From a virus (taxonomy: Duplodnaviria; Caudoviricetes): 64,000 nucleotides of DNA. The notes beneath the pieces were generated by a model. That model was not told where the DNA came from and did not search any database. It worked only from the letters and a program-made list of their open reading frames with translations. The stretch lies in IMG/VR virus record IMGVR_UViG_3300028603_000017, positions 128,001 through 192,000 of that record. One strand, given 5' to 3'. A program made the position numbers and the translations under genes. This document shows positions 51,694 to 60,496 of this stretch, piece by piece (position 1 is the first letter of the stretch; every line of letters starts with the position of its first letter).

Positions 51694-53136
51694 ATGACAC
51701 TCATTGAACTTTATACATCCATGCTAGCGGCTGCTGGCTTAACCGTAGACGATAACGGCTACGTTTCTGTCAATAACTCTTTATTCACAGGATCCAATAA
51801 AAATGAACCTGTTCTCGTAGACGGTAAGCGCTTAGTATTACCTACGCGAGAGCAATTGACAGATCCTGATCGAGAATCCAAGATTATCTTTCATCCATTG
51901 AGTGAAAATATCTTAAGAGGTGAATCGATTGTGGTGGCTAAGCTGCGCAGCATGTACGGTATTAGACTGAACTTTGCTGTAGCTGCTATTGTCTCTGGTC
52001 TGCTGGATCTGTGTGCCTCAGTAAATAAACATAAGCTACTCACACCAGATCAATCAGCGGTTCTTTCTGTAGCACCAAACTGCGATGAAACGACTGTTCG
52101 TGTATTTGCCAGTTTGATCAATAAAGTATTTGCTGATGAAAGTACATTCGTAAAACTGTATCTGCGCAGATCTGGCACTATCAAAGGTGTTAAATATTCC
52201 AGAGCAGGTATTATCAGCTTTCCGTTCTTTGAAGCGCTACAAGAAGCCAAAGATACTCTTTTTGGTGTAAAGCTGCGTAAAAAGGACAAGGAAGCCTTAC
52301 TGGCTATCTTTGAGTTTATTCTACCAAAAATAGGAGAAGCTGAAAGTTATAACCAAGGATCTGATTCAACAATAGCTCCGTTTACGGACGCTTTGATGAA
52401 AGCATTCATGGGAGTAGCAGGTAAACTCAATGATATCATCGATTTGTACAAAGACAAAATCGATGAGCTAGAAAAGCTCACCTTCGATGCTGATTGGGTA
52501 GATGCTTTCGAAGATCTGTCTGTAATGACATCTGAAATCCGTAGAGTACCTGCTCAAGCCGGTAATGAAGGAGAAGGAAAGAAAACAGACAGTATCCAGC
52601 AAGCTACTACACCCGTTACTAACTTGCAATACACACCACCGACAAACACTGCTCAATCTACTGCTTTGGCTCCCAATCCCGTAGCAGTACCTCAATATCA
52701 ACCACAGTATACACAAATGCCTGTGACTAATATTCCTCAAACTACTACAGCTCCTGTGCAAACTAAGACCTCTGAAGGCAAAGTTAAGCTGGGTGATTTG
52801 ATGAGCAAAACTGTCGCTATGCCTGCTGGTCCTATTCCTCCATCATTGATGGGAGAGATGAATCCTCAACTGGCTCAACAAATGGCTTATCAGCAGCAAA
52901 TGCAGCAGATGGCCATGATGCAGCAAGGTATGGTGCCTGGGATGCACCCAGGCTATCAAATGCCAATGGGTTACCCACAACAGATGCCTATGGGTTATCC
53001 TCAGCAAATGATGAACCAGCCTGGTATGCCTCGCTCAGCAGGCTCTGTCATGCCTAATAATCCAGTAGGTATGCCAAACCAAATGGGTTATCCCATGCAG
53101 CCTGGTATGATGCCTATGGGGTATCGACCTTTCTAA
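51694..53136 (+). CDS. phiKZ gp70-like protein with long Q/M/P/G low-complexity tail
   Basis: 480 aa, KRLVLPT and FHPLSEN; about 190-aa disordered C-terminus. Confidence 0.7.
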   Translation: MTLIELYTSMLAAAGLTVDDNGYVSVNNSLFTGSNKNEPVLVDGKRLVLPTREQLTDPDRESKIIFHPLSENILRGESIVVAKLRSMYGIRLNFAVAAIVSGLLDLCASVNKHKLLTPDQSAVLSVAPNCDETTVRVFASLINKVFADESTFVKLYLRRSGTIKGVKYSRAGIISFPFFEALQEAKDTLFGVKLRKKDKEALLAIFEFILPKIGEAESYNQGSDSTIAPFTDALMKAFMGVAGKLNDIIDLYKDKIDELEKLTFDADWVDAFEDLSVMTSEIRRVPAQAGNEGEGKKTDSIQQATTPVTNLQYTPPTNTAQSTALAPNPVAVPQYQPQYTQMPVTNIPQTTTAPVQTKTSEGKVKLGDLMSKTVAMPAGPIPPSLMGEMNPQLAQQMAYQQQMQQMAMMQQGMVPGMHPGYQMPMGYPQQMPMGYPQQMMNQPGMPRSAGSVMPNNPVGMPNQMGYPMQPGMMPMGYRPF

Positions 53137-53137
53137 C

Positions 53138-53182
53138 GACATAAGTGCTACTAGGGACGAAAAGTCCCTAGTAGCCAATGTC
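53138..53182. terminator. Bidirectional terminator
   Basis: GCTACTAGGGAC-GAAAA-GTCCCTAGTAGC between convergent genes. Confidence 0.8.
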
Positions 53183-53518
53183 TTAGGTTTTGTTTTTGGT
53201 TCTGTAAGCAGATAAGATTCTTTCTATCTCATTACCACCAGGTATTAATATATTCATCATCTCATGAGTATATTCTAAAGGCGATGACATATTGTTCATT
53301 CGCATAACGATATAATGATGATCTGCTCTGACATTCATAGCGGTTAGCAGTCCAAAGAAATCTCCTTCGTATTTATAAGCCAAACCCATATTAACAGGCA
53401 CTGATTGAGTGCTAGGTAGATTCTTTAAATACGTCATATGATCTTCTAATACGATCCTGAACTTAGAATCATAATAGAACTTTATACCAGGATTTAGTAA
53501 TAGTTCGTCAATTTTCAT
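53183..53518 (-). CDS. Small conserved protein, possibly LysM/tail-X-like
   Basis: 111 aa, YEGDFFGLL...IVMRMNNMSSP...ILIP. Confidence 0.55.
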   Translation of the reverse strand: MKIDELLLNPGIKFYYDSKFRIVLEDHMTYLKNLPSTQSVPVNMGLAYKYEGDFFGLLTAMNVRADHHYIVMRMNNMSSPLEYTHEMMNILIPGGNEIERILSAYRTKNKT

Positions 53519-53542
53519 TGTTAAATCAAAACTCTTTAGTTA

Positions 53543-53550
53543 CATATTAT
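53543..53550 (+). promoter_or_regulatory. Putative early promoter core CATATTAT
   Basis: TTTAGTTACATATTATCTTACTGAG upstream of nvRNAP beta-C. Confidence 0.5.
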
Positions 53551-53594
53551 CTTACTGAGTTGGTTTTTAAATGTTTGAATAAAGGAAAGCAAAC

Positions 53595-55709
53595 ATGAAT
53601 ATTCCTAGTCAGCTGCGTAGAGATCTATTATCTACTCTGGGTCTTAATCCATTTGTAGGCCATAACTCGTCTCCTCGCGCTCAAATGGATGCATCTCACC
53701 TAGGACAAAAGCTGGTCATAGCTAATCCTAGCCGTAAACGTATTAAGACAGGAATGGAGTATGAATTCGGAAAATACACATTCAGTGTCAAAACCGATAC
53801 TGATATCAATATTATCAAAACTATTCCCAGGTATCGACAAACTCTGGACAAAGATTCAATCAAGGACAACCCTGAGACGTTAGTTATCTACGAGGAAAAA
53901 AACTCTAACCGTATTGGAGTACTGAATCTCAAGAAGTATTGCTCTTATCACCAACACTTTGGCTTTGAATACAAAGAAAAAGATACGGTAGCTAAACTGT
54001 ATCGTGGTGCAGATATTCCTAAAGATACTATCCTGTTAGACTCTCCTGCTGTCACTGATGATGGTGACTATATGTATGGCAGAGAGCTTAATATAGCTTA
54101 CATGTCTCATCCTTCAGTATCTGAAGATGGGATTATGATCTGTGAGGATGTATTACCGTTCTTTAGATTCAAGACTTATGAAACCCGTGTCGTAGAGTGG
54201 GGAAATAAAAAGTTTCCTCTGAATCTATACGGTACTCATGAGGAATACAAAGCATTTCCTGATATTGGTGAGTATGTAAGAGACGATAATCTACTGATGG
54301 TAACCAGAACGTATGAAGACAATCTCGCTCCTGTTGAGATGAGTATTTATGACGTGATGATTCCTGACTTCATTGGAGATAAATGTGTTTATGCCAATGG
54401 TAAAGGTGGAAAGGTTATTGATATCAAGGTTTATACCTCTGATGCTACCTTGTTTGAAAACCATTCAAATATGGATACTCAGGTACAGAAATATTTGCAT
54501 GCTACCAAGAAGTTTCACCAAACCGTAGTACAGGAGTGGGAAAGGTTAAAGAAAGAAAGAGGTGCTAGTCTACAACTGACTCCTCGCTTTCAAAGACAAA
54601 TCGTAGAATCTTTAGCTTATATTGACTACGAATCTCCCTTTAGTAGAGGTAATGATGGTAAATCTAACCCTAGGATTACCAAGGAATACAGGAAGTCTCC
54701 TATCGATCACTACCGAGTAGAATTTGTGATTGAGTACGAGACAGAACCGGCCGATGGTTACAAATACACCGATCAACACGGAGGAAAAGGTGTAATTGTC
54801 CATATCGGTAAGCCTGAAGAATTTCCAGTAGATGCTGATGGAAACAGAGCAGATATCGTAATGGATGGTTATGCTACTGTTAACCGAATGAATACAGGTC
54901 GGATTTATGAGCAATATTTGAACGCTGCTTCTAGAGATGTAACAAAAAGAATACGTTCAATGATCGGTGTTGGAGAACACGACCCACATACTCAAGTCCA
55001 TATTGAGAATCTATTCCATACAGATCAGATAAAATTTGATCAAACTTATCGATATTTGATGGGATATTACGAGATTGTATCTCCACAAATGTTTAGATGG
55101 TTTGGGCAAGAAGCTGGTGTCGAGGAAAAGATCAATCACTTAGCTGCTGTGGTTTATGATGGTATCTATTTGTATTGCCCACCTGAGACGACAGTAGATT
55201 ATGCTACTGTCGTTAAGGAGTTAGAAAAACACTACAAACCAACTTATGGTCCAGTAACTTATAAAGGTTATTCTGGAAGAACAGTAACCACTAAAGAACC
55301 TGTCAGAATTGGTAGCGTCTACATGATGTTATTAGAAAAGACTGGTGATGATTGGGCTGCTGTATCTTCAGGAAAACTTCAACACTTTGGTATTTTGTCT
55401 CAAATTACCAGGAGTGATAAATATTCTAGTCCTACTAGAAACCAACCTGTGAGAGCTTGGGGTGAGTCTGAAGGTCGCATTATTGCTAGCTATGCTGGTG
55501 AAAAAGCGATTGCTGAGTTGATGGATAGGAATAACAATCCTCATACACACAAGCAAATTGTCTCATCTATTCTCTCAGCTGATAAACCTACCAATATTGA
55601 CCATGTTGTGGATAGGAGCAAATTGCACTATGGTGGCTCTAAACCACTGATTATTGCAAAACACGTATTGGAATGTGCTGGAATTCGATTTGTTTACCAT
55701 AAGACCTGA
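53595..55709 (+). CDS. Non-virion RNAP beta-C subunit (RpoB-like, phiKZ gp71/73-like), uninterrupted
   Basis: Motifs NSSPRAQM, SEDG, KYTDQHGGKG, NRMNTG, YMMLLEK and RAWGESE. Confidence 0.9.
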   Translation: MNIPSQLRRDLLSTLGLNPFVGHNSSPRAQMDASHLGQKLVIANPSRKRIKTGMEYEFGKYTFSVKTDTDINIIKTIPRYRQTLDKDSIKDNPETLVIYEEKNSNRIGVLNLKKYCSYHQHFGFEYKEKDTVAKLYRGADIPKDTILLDSPAVTDDGDYMYGRELNIAYMSHPSVSEDGIMICEDVLPFFRFKTYETRVVEWGNKKFPLNLYGTHEEYKAFPDIGEYVRDDNLLMVTRTYEDNLAPVEMSIYDVMIPDFIGDKCVYANGKGGKVIDIKVYTSDATLFENHSNMDTQVQKYLHATKKFHQTVVQEWERLKKERGASLQLTPRFQRQIVESLAYIDYESPFSRGNDGKSNPRITKEYRKSPIDHYRVEFVIEYETEPADGYKYTDQHGGKGVIVHIGKPEEFPVDADGNRADIVMDGYATVNRMNTGRIYEQYLNAASRDVTKRIRSMIGVGEHDPHTQVHIENLFHTDQIKFDQTYRYLMGYYEIVSPQMFRWFGQEAGVEEKINHLAAVVYDGIYLYCPPETTVDYATVVKELEKHYKPTYGPVTYKGYSGRTVTTKEPVRIGSVYMMLLEKTGDDWAAVSSGKLQHFGILSQITRSDKYSSPTRNQPVRAWGESEGRIIASYAGEKAIAELMDRNNNPHTHKQIVSSILSADKPTNIDHVVDRSKLHYGGSKPLIIAKHVLECAGIRFVYHKT

Positions 55710-55711
55710 TT

Positions 55712-57712
55712 GTGAAAATACTAGCAAAGACTCTTAATCAATATACAACAGACCAGTTATGGGATAATCTAAGAGGTAACTTTACGTTGGTATTTGATGA
55801 TGGAGAAATCCAAACCAATGCCAAGATGACTATATACTCCCACTATGCGTGGGAGTTTCACCGCAGGTATAGTCAAGTACCTTTGCTGGTAAGCCATCAC
55901 GTACAGTCTATCTTAAAAGGATCTACTCTAGGAGCTAAAACCCATATTAGCTTATTAGAGAGGATTCTTTGGGATACCTTTGATAAATATCCCAATGCTA
56001 ATAAAGTACAGTTTGTGGATGAATTGGCTAAACTAGCTTATTTCATTACAAACCAATACTACTATAACGAATTAACATATAGAACAGAACCTTATGTTAA
56101 TTCGTTGGATATCGTTGACTTTATTGAAGTCATGGACAATAAAGACGTAAAGTCTGTCTTGTCTTCAGTAGAGGCTACAGAATACGGTATTTCACAAGCT
56201 TATAATGCTATTAGTTATGCATTAAAGAAAGAGCCTACATTAGCTAATAATCCCTTGTCAAAAGGGATGAGATCAAAGTTGGTTAAAGAAGGACAAGTAT
56301 TACAATGTTTAGGTCCTAGAGGTAAAGTCACAGATATTGACTCTAACTATTTTAACAAACCTATTATGGTTGGTTATGTAGGAGGATTTAAGAACCTATA
56401 TGACTCCATGATTGAGTCTAGATCAGCAGCTAAAGCTCTTTACTTTTCTAAGAAAGAATTGCAAGACGCTGAATATTTCTCAAGAAAGCTGCAACTGCTT
56501 TGTCAAACAGTTAAGAACTTACATCACGGAGATTGTGGTAGTAAGAACTATTTGAGCTGGCATGTTAAGCCTCCTATCATTGAAAATGGTGAAATAGTAT
56601 CTGGTGGGGACCTACAGTACCTGATAGGCAAATACTATTTAGATACTGAAACCAATAAACTAAAGATTATTACTAAGGATGATAAACATCTAGAAGATAA
56701 AACCATTAAAATCAGATCTGTAGTAGCAGGCTGTAATCATCCAGATCCATATGGAATATGCTCTGTATGTTTTGGACAAATGGCTGATGTGATTCCTGAG
56801 AGAACCAATATTGGTCAATACACCTCTACCACACTGACACAAAAGTCTTCACAATCAATTCTATCGACTAAGCACCATGATGGCTCTAGCTCTTCTGAAT
56901 CTATTCAACTAACGCCTGAAGAAAAGAAGTTCTTTAAGACAGCTTCAGATGGAGTTAGTTATCTCCTATCTGAAAATCTTAAAGGAAAGAAAGTCAAAGT
57001 CATTATAGCTAGTCATGAAGCTCAAGGTTTAACGGATATTACTTTCGTAGATGATGTCCATAAACTAGCTATGACTCGGGTATCTGAAATTACAGATATG
57101 GGCTTTGTAGTAGAACACAGGGATATTGAAAAGACAGATTATTTCACCGTTAGTCGTGGAAAGCGATACGCTAGTCTGACATACGCAGCCCTTGACTATA
57201 TCCGTAAACACGGATGGACAGTTGATGATAAACGAAATTTTATCATTGATTTAGGTCAATGGAACTTCTCTGAAAAGTTCTTATCTATTCCAGCCAGACA
57301 TTTCAATATGTCTGATGTGACGCAATCCATTGCTCAAATGCTGGAATCTAATATGAAGGAGATCAAAAATGCTGAGGAGATGAAAGATCCTGAAGCTATA
57401 CTCGTTGAGTTATTTGATCTGGTAACGAAACACCTGAGCATCAATATCTGTGTACTAGAAGTCACCTTACTAGGCGCTATGGTGATCAGTAACTCAGGTA
57501 GAGACTTTCGTATTCCTAAGGCTTACACCACCAGAGAGATGGGAGCTAGTAAACAAACTATTCCTAATCGCTCTATGGGCGCAGCTATGGCGTACGAGTA
57601 TCATGTTAATACGATCTTCGATCCTGCTAGCTTCTTTAAGGCCAACAGACCAGATCATCAGTTTGATGTAATGCTCTGTCCTCAAGAAGTTTTACAAGGA
57701 ACACAACGCTAA
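55712..57712 (+). CDS. Non-virion RNAP beta'-C subunit (RpoC-like, phiKZ gp74-like)
   Basis: ESRSAAKAL...EYFSRKL, GDCGS, CSVCFG and QSILSTKH. Confidence 0.88.
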   Translation: MKILAKTLNQYTTDQLWDNLRGNFTLVFDDGEIQTNAKMTIYSHYAWEFHRRYSQVPLLVSHHVQSILKGSTLGAKTHISLLERILWDTFDKYPNANKVQFVDELAKLAYFITNQYYYNELTYRTEPYVNSLDIVDFIEVMDNKDVKSVLSSVEATEYGISQAYNAISYALKKEPTLANNPLSKGMRSKLVKEGQVLQCLGPRGKVTDIDSNYFNKPIMVGYVGGFKNLYDSMIESRSAAKALYFSKKELQDAEYFSRKLQLLCQTVKNLHHGDCGSKNYLSWHVKPPIIENGEIVSGGDLQYLIGKYYLDTETNKLKIITKDDKHLEDKTIKIRSVVAGCNHPDPYGICSVCFGQMADVIPERTNIGQYTSTTLTQKSSQSILSTKHHDGSSSSESIQLTPEEKKFFKTASDGVSYLLSENLKGKKVKVIIASHEAQGLTDITFVDDVHKLAMTRVSEITDMGFVVEHRDIEKTDYFTVSRGKRYASLTYAALDYIRKHGWTVDDKRNFIIDLGQWNFSEKFLSIPARHFNMSDVTQSIAQMLESNMKEIKNAEEMKDPEAILVELFDLVTKHLSINICVLEVTLLGAMVISNSGRDFRIPKAYTTREMGASKQTIPNRSMGAAMAYEYHVNTIFDPASFFKANRPDHQFDVMLCPQEVLQGTQR

Positions 57713-57812
57713 TTAAATAGAGACTACGGCATAAACTCCGTAGTCTCTATATCTAAGGAGCTATGATGCTAAACCCTTTAGATATAGAGACTACAACAAA
57801 TAAGGTTGTACA

Positions 57813-59363
57813 ATGAATGAGTATTTGATGACGATTACCAAAGGTAGTCATTTCTTTAAAATAAATAATTTTGATGAACGTATTAAAGGAATTATCTTTA
57901 AATTCCTACATAAAAACATTAGATATGGGTTAGAAAAGATTCCAGGTAGCAATAGATACAGGAAAGTCGCTACAGGTATATTTGCTGCAGCTACTAAAGA
58001 TCGCAGTGAAATCCGTATCCATATTAACCAATGGGACGACTTTATTCGTCACTTAGGTTTAGAGTTTGTAGATCTTAAAAGAGTATTGATTCAAGAGCTA
58101 GAGCCTTATGAGCCACTACCTTTAGGAACTATTCTTAAAGATGAATGGATAGATGCTGAAAGAGATAACCAAAAACCTGTAATTGAGTATTTAGATGATG
58201 AAACTAATACTCAACGTAAGTTTATAGGTATGGCAACAGGCTTCGGAAAAGGCATGACTTGTATGGTGGGAGCATCCCATTATGGAAAACGTCTTGCTCT
58301 TGTGTTAAGACCTATGTTTATCCATAAGTGGATTGAAGATTTACAAAAGTATCTAAAGATCACACCTGAAGAGATTATGGTCATTCAGGGTAACGCTCAT
58401 TTAAAGATGCTTTTAGAGCAACAAAGACAAGGACTGCTATCAGATATCAAAGCTTTTATATTCAGTAATAAAACCTTACAAATGTGGTTTAAAGAATATA
58501 CTGAATATAAAGAAGATATCAGAGATATGGGTTATGGAATTACTCCTGAAGAGTTATTTCCATTTTTAAAAATAGGTCTTAGGATTATTGATGAAGTCCA
58601 TATGGATTTTCACCTTAACTTTAAGATAGATCTATTTACACATGTACCTAAAGCTATTTCGTTATCTGCGACATTAGAGAACAATGATCCGTTCCTAATG
58701 CAGATGTATGATATTGCGTACCCTATTAGAGATAGATATAAGTCTCCTCCTCCAGATAAGTACTCTGTAGCCAGATGTGTCCTGTACCATATAAAGGGGG
58801 CTCCTTATGTCAAAATTAAAACAACTGAGTATGGAGCTAAAAACTATTCTCATAACGCCTTTGAGGACTTTATATTCAAAAATGAAAACAGACTAGACAA
58901 TTACTTAAGACTCATTAAGTATTCTGTTGATGTTGGTTTCATGAATGATTATAAACCAGGTGAAAAGCTGGTCATATTTGCTTTTAAGAAAGAGATGTGT
59001 ACTAGAATAGTAGAGTATCTATTAGAATGGTATCCTCGTCTTGATATACGCAGGTATGTCTCTGAAGATCCTCCTGAGAATATGTACGAGCCTGTCATAC
59101 GGGTAACTACGTTAGGTTCTGGCTCTACTGCTCACGATATAGCTAGATTGAAAACAGCTATTATGACAGTTAACGTCGAGAGCTTACAAGCTAATGTACA
59201 GGCTTTTGGACGCTTGAGAAAGATACCTGATTTACAAACCAGGTTCTACTACTTTATCTGTGCCGATGTAGATAAACACATGAGATACCATAAAGCCAAA
59301 ATGGAACTTTTATCCAATAGAGCTACTAATTTTAATATTATTCACGCACCTTTTGCAGTCTAG
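57813..59363 (+). CDS. SF2 helicase (phiKZ gp75-like)
   Basis: Motifs TGFGKG, DEVH, SAT and QAFGRLR. Confidence 0.88.
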   Translation: MNEYLMTITKGSHFFKINNFDERIKGIIFKFLHKNIRYGLEKIPGSNRYRKVATGIFAAATKDRSEIRIHINQWDDFIRHLGLEFVDLKRVLIQELEPYEPLPLGTILKDEWIDAERDNQKPVIEYLDDETNTQRKFIGMATGFGKGMTCMVGASHYGKRLALVLRPMFIHKWIEDLQKYLKITPEEIMVIQGNAHLKMLLEQQRQGLLSDIKAFIFSNKTLQMWFKEYTEYKEDIRDMGYGITPEELFPFLKIGLRIIDEVHMDFHLNFKIDLFTHVPKAISLSATLENNDPFLMQMYDIAYPIRDRYKSPPPDKYSVARCVLYHIKGAPYVKIKTTEYGAKNYSHNAFEDFIFKNENRLDNYLRLIKYSVDVGFMNDYKPGEKLVIFAFKKEMCTRIVEYLLEWYPRLDIRRYVSEDPPENMYEPVIRVTTLGSGSTAHDIARLKTAIMTVNVESLQANVQAFGRLRKIPDLQTRFYYFICADVDKHMRYHKAKMELLSNRATNFNIIHAPFAV

Positions 59364-59376
59364 TTATTAAAATATC

Positions 59377-59631
59377 ATGATTATTCCTGAATCAAGAATA
59401 CAGCGCATAGCTTCGAAGATAGCAATCGCCATGATAGCTACGGCTGCTGGCTTACTATTATTCTTTGTTGTTCTTTACATTTTTGTTTCGCCTGTGACTA
59501 TCATATTTCCTGCTTTTATACCAATTTATGAATTCGTATTAGCTTATAGTTTCTTTGGTGCTTTTGTAATATCTATCTCAAGTTTGATTCCATTAACAGT
59601 TTCTATAGCTGCATGTAAAGGCACAGTATAA
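59377..59631 (+). CDS. Small membrane protein (2 TM)
   Basis: 84 aa, two hydrophobic segments. Confidence 0.62.
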   Translation: MIIPESRIQRIASKIAIAMIATAAGLLLFFVVLYIFVSPVTIIFPAFIPIYEFVLAYSFFGAFVISISSLIPLTVSIAACKGTV

Positions 59632-59700
59632 CTACGAATATCAATATAAAGAAATACATACAAAAATCAACTAATTTTGATTTAGCAATTCAGATAAATA

Positions 59701-59925
59701 ATGAAGACAATTAAATATCTCCTGATTACCGCTTTTGTTTGTTTTATTGGAGCTTGTTATTTAATGACAACTAACATATCTCCAATTCTCTCAGTAGCTG
59801 TTGGAGTATTGGCTATGTGTTTTGTAGGCACAGCTTGCCATATATACGAGCAAAACATATCAACCAGATATCACAGTACCAGTCATTCCGTTAATAAACA
59901 CGGAATGGTTGAAGGCTTTAGATAA
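59701..59925 (+). CDS. Small membrane protein (2 TM)
   Basis: 74 aa, two hydrophobic segments. Confidence 0.62.
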   Translation: MKTIKYLLITAFVCFIGACYLMTTNISPILSVAVGVLAMCFVGTACHIYEQNISTRYHSTSHSVNKHGMVEGFR

Positions 59926-59939
59926 AACGACATACATAG

Positions 59940-59975
59940 CTCCCACTAGCCATTAGGCTAGTGGGAGCTATGCTG
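59940..59975. repeat. Bidirectional terminator, identical copy of 12927-12962
   Basis: 36-nt exact match. Confidence 0.9.
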
Positions 59976-59980
59976 TTTAT

Positions 59981-60496
59981 TTATTTTTTTGTAGCTGAAT
60001 TGATTTGATTTGTAATTTCTTGAGCTTTCTTAGCTTCCTTATGTAGTATATTTTCTATTTTCTCAAAGATAATAGTAATATACTCTCTAGGATATGCTAA
60101 GAATTCATGGAGTTTTAAACCCGTGTGTTTAAATACTTCTTTTTCAAAATAGTGATCTATTGTAAAATATAAATCACTACTCTTACAAATATCTTCTGCC
60201 TCGTGCAGAGCTACCGCTGCCAATGGTCTGGATTTGTCTCCAGAGCTCACTCCACTTAAATGATCATAAATACCAAAGTAGGTTTCATAAATATCAGTTA
60301 AAGCTATTTTAATATCAATATAACTGGTTTTAGGTAATTTCTCAGCTAACCTAGATATCTCTTCACTGATATTAATAAACTCTTTGGTAATTCCAGCATC
60401 AGTTTTTATAGACTGAATACCAAATTCATGATCATTTATATGTTTTTTTAGCGGTTTGTTATCTTGATGACGCGCTGCACGAGAGGGATAAAAAAA
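59981..60496 (-). CDS. Start-less frame (phiKZ gp76-region), probably entered by -1 frameshift from the upstream gene
   Basis: The frame is open about 85 codons upstream of the track's GTG (60250) with no ATG/GTG/TTG, reaching back across the T7 run at 60490-60496. Confidence 0.65.
   Translation of the reverse strand, partial: FFYPSRAARHQDNKPLKKHINDHEFGIQSIKTDAGITKEFINISEEISRLAEKLPKTSYIDIKIALTDIYETYFGIYDHLSGVSSGDKSRPLAAVALHEAEDICKSSDLYFTIDHYFEKEVFKHTGLKLHEFLAYPREYITIIFEKIENILHKEAKKAQEITNQINSATKK

Noticed and set aside
59377-59925. Holin/spanin assignment for the two small membrane ORFs
   Set aside because: No adjacent lysin or convincing lipobox arrangement; hydrophobicity alone is insufficient.
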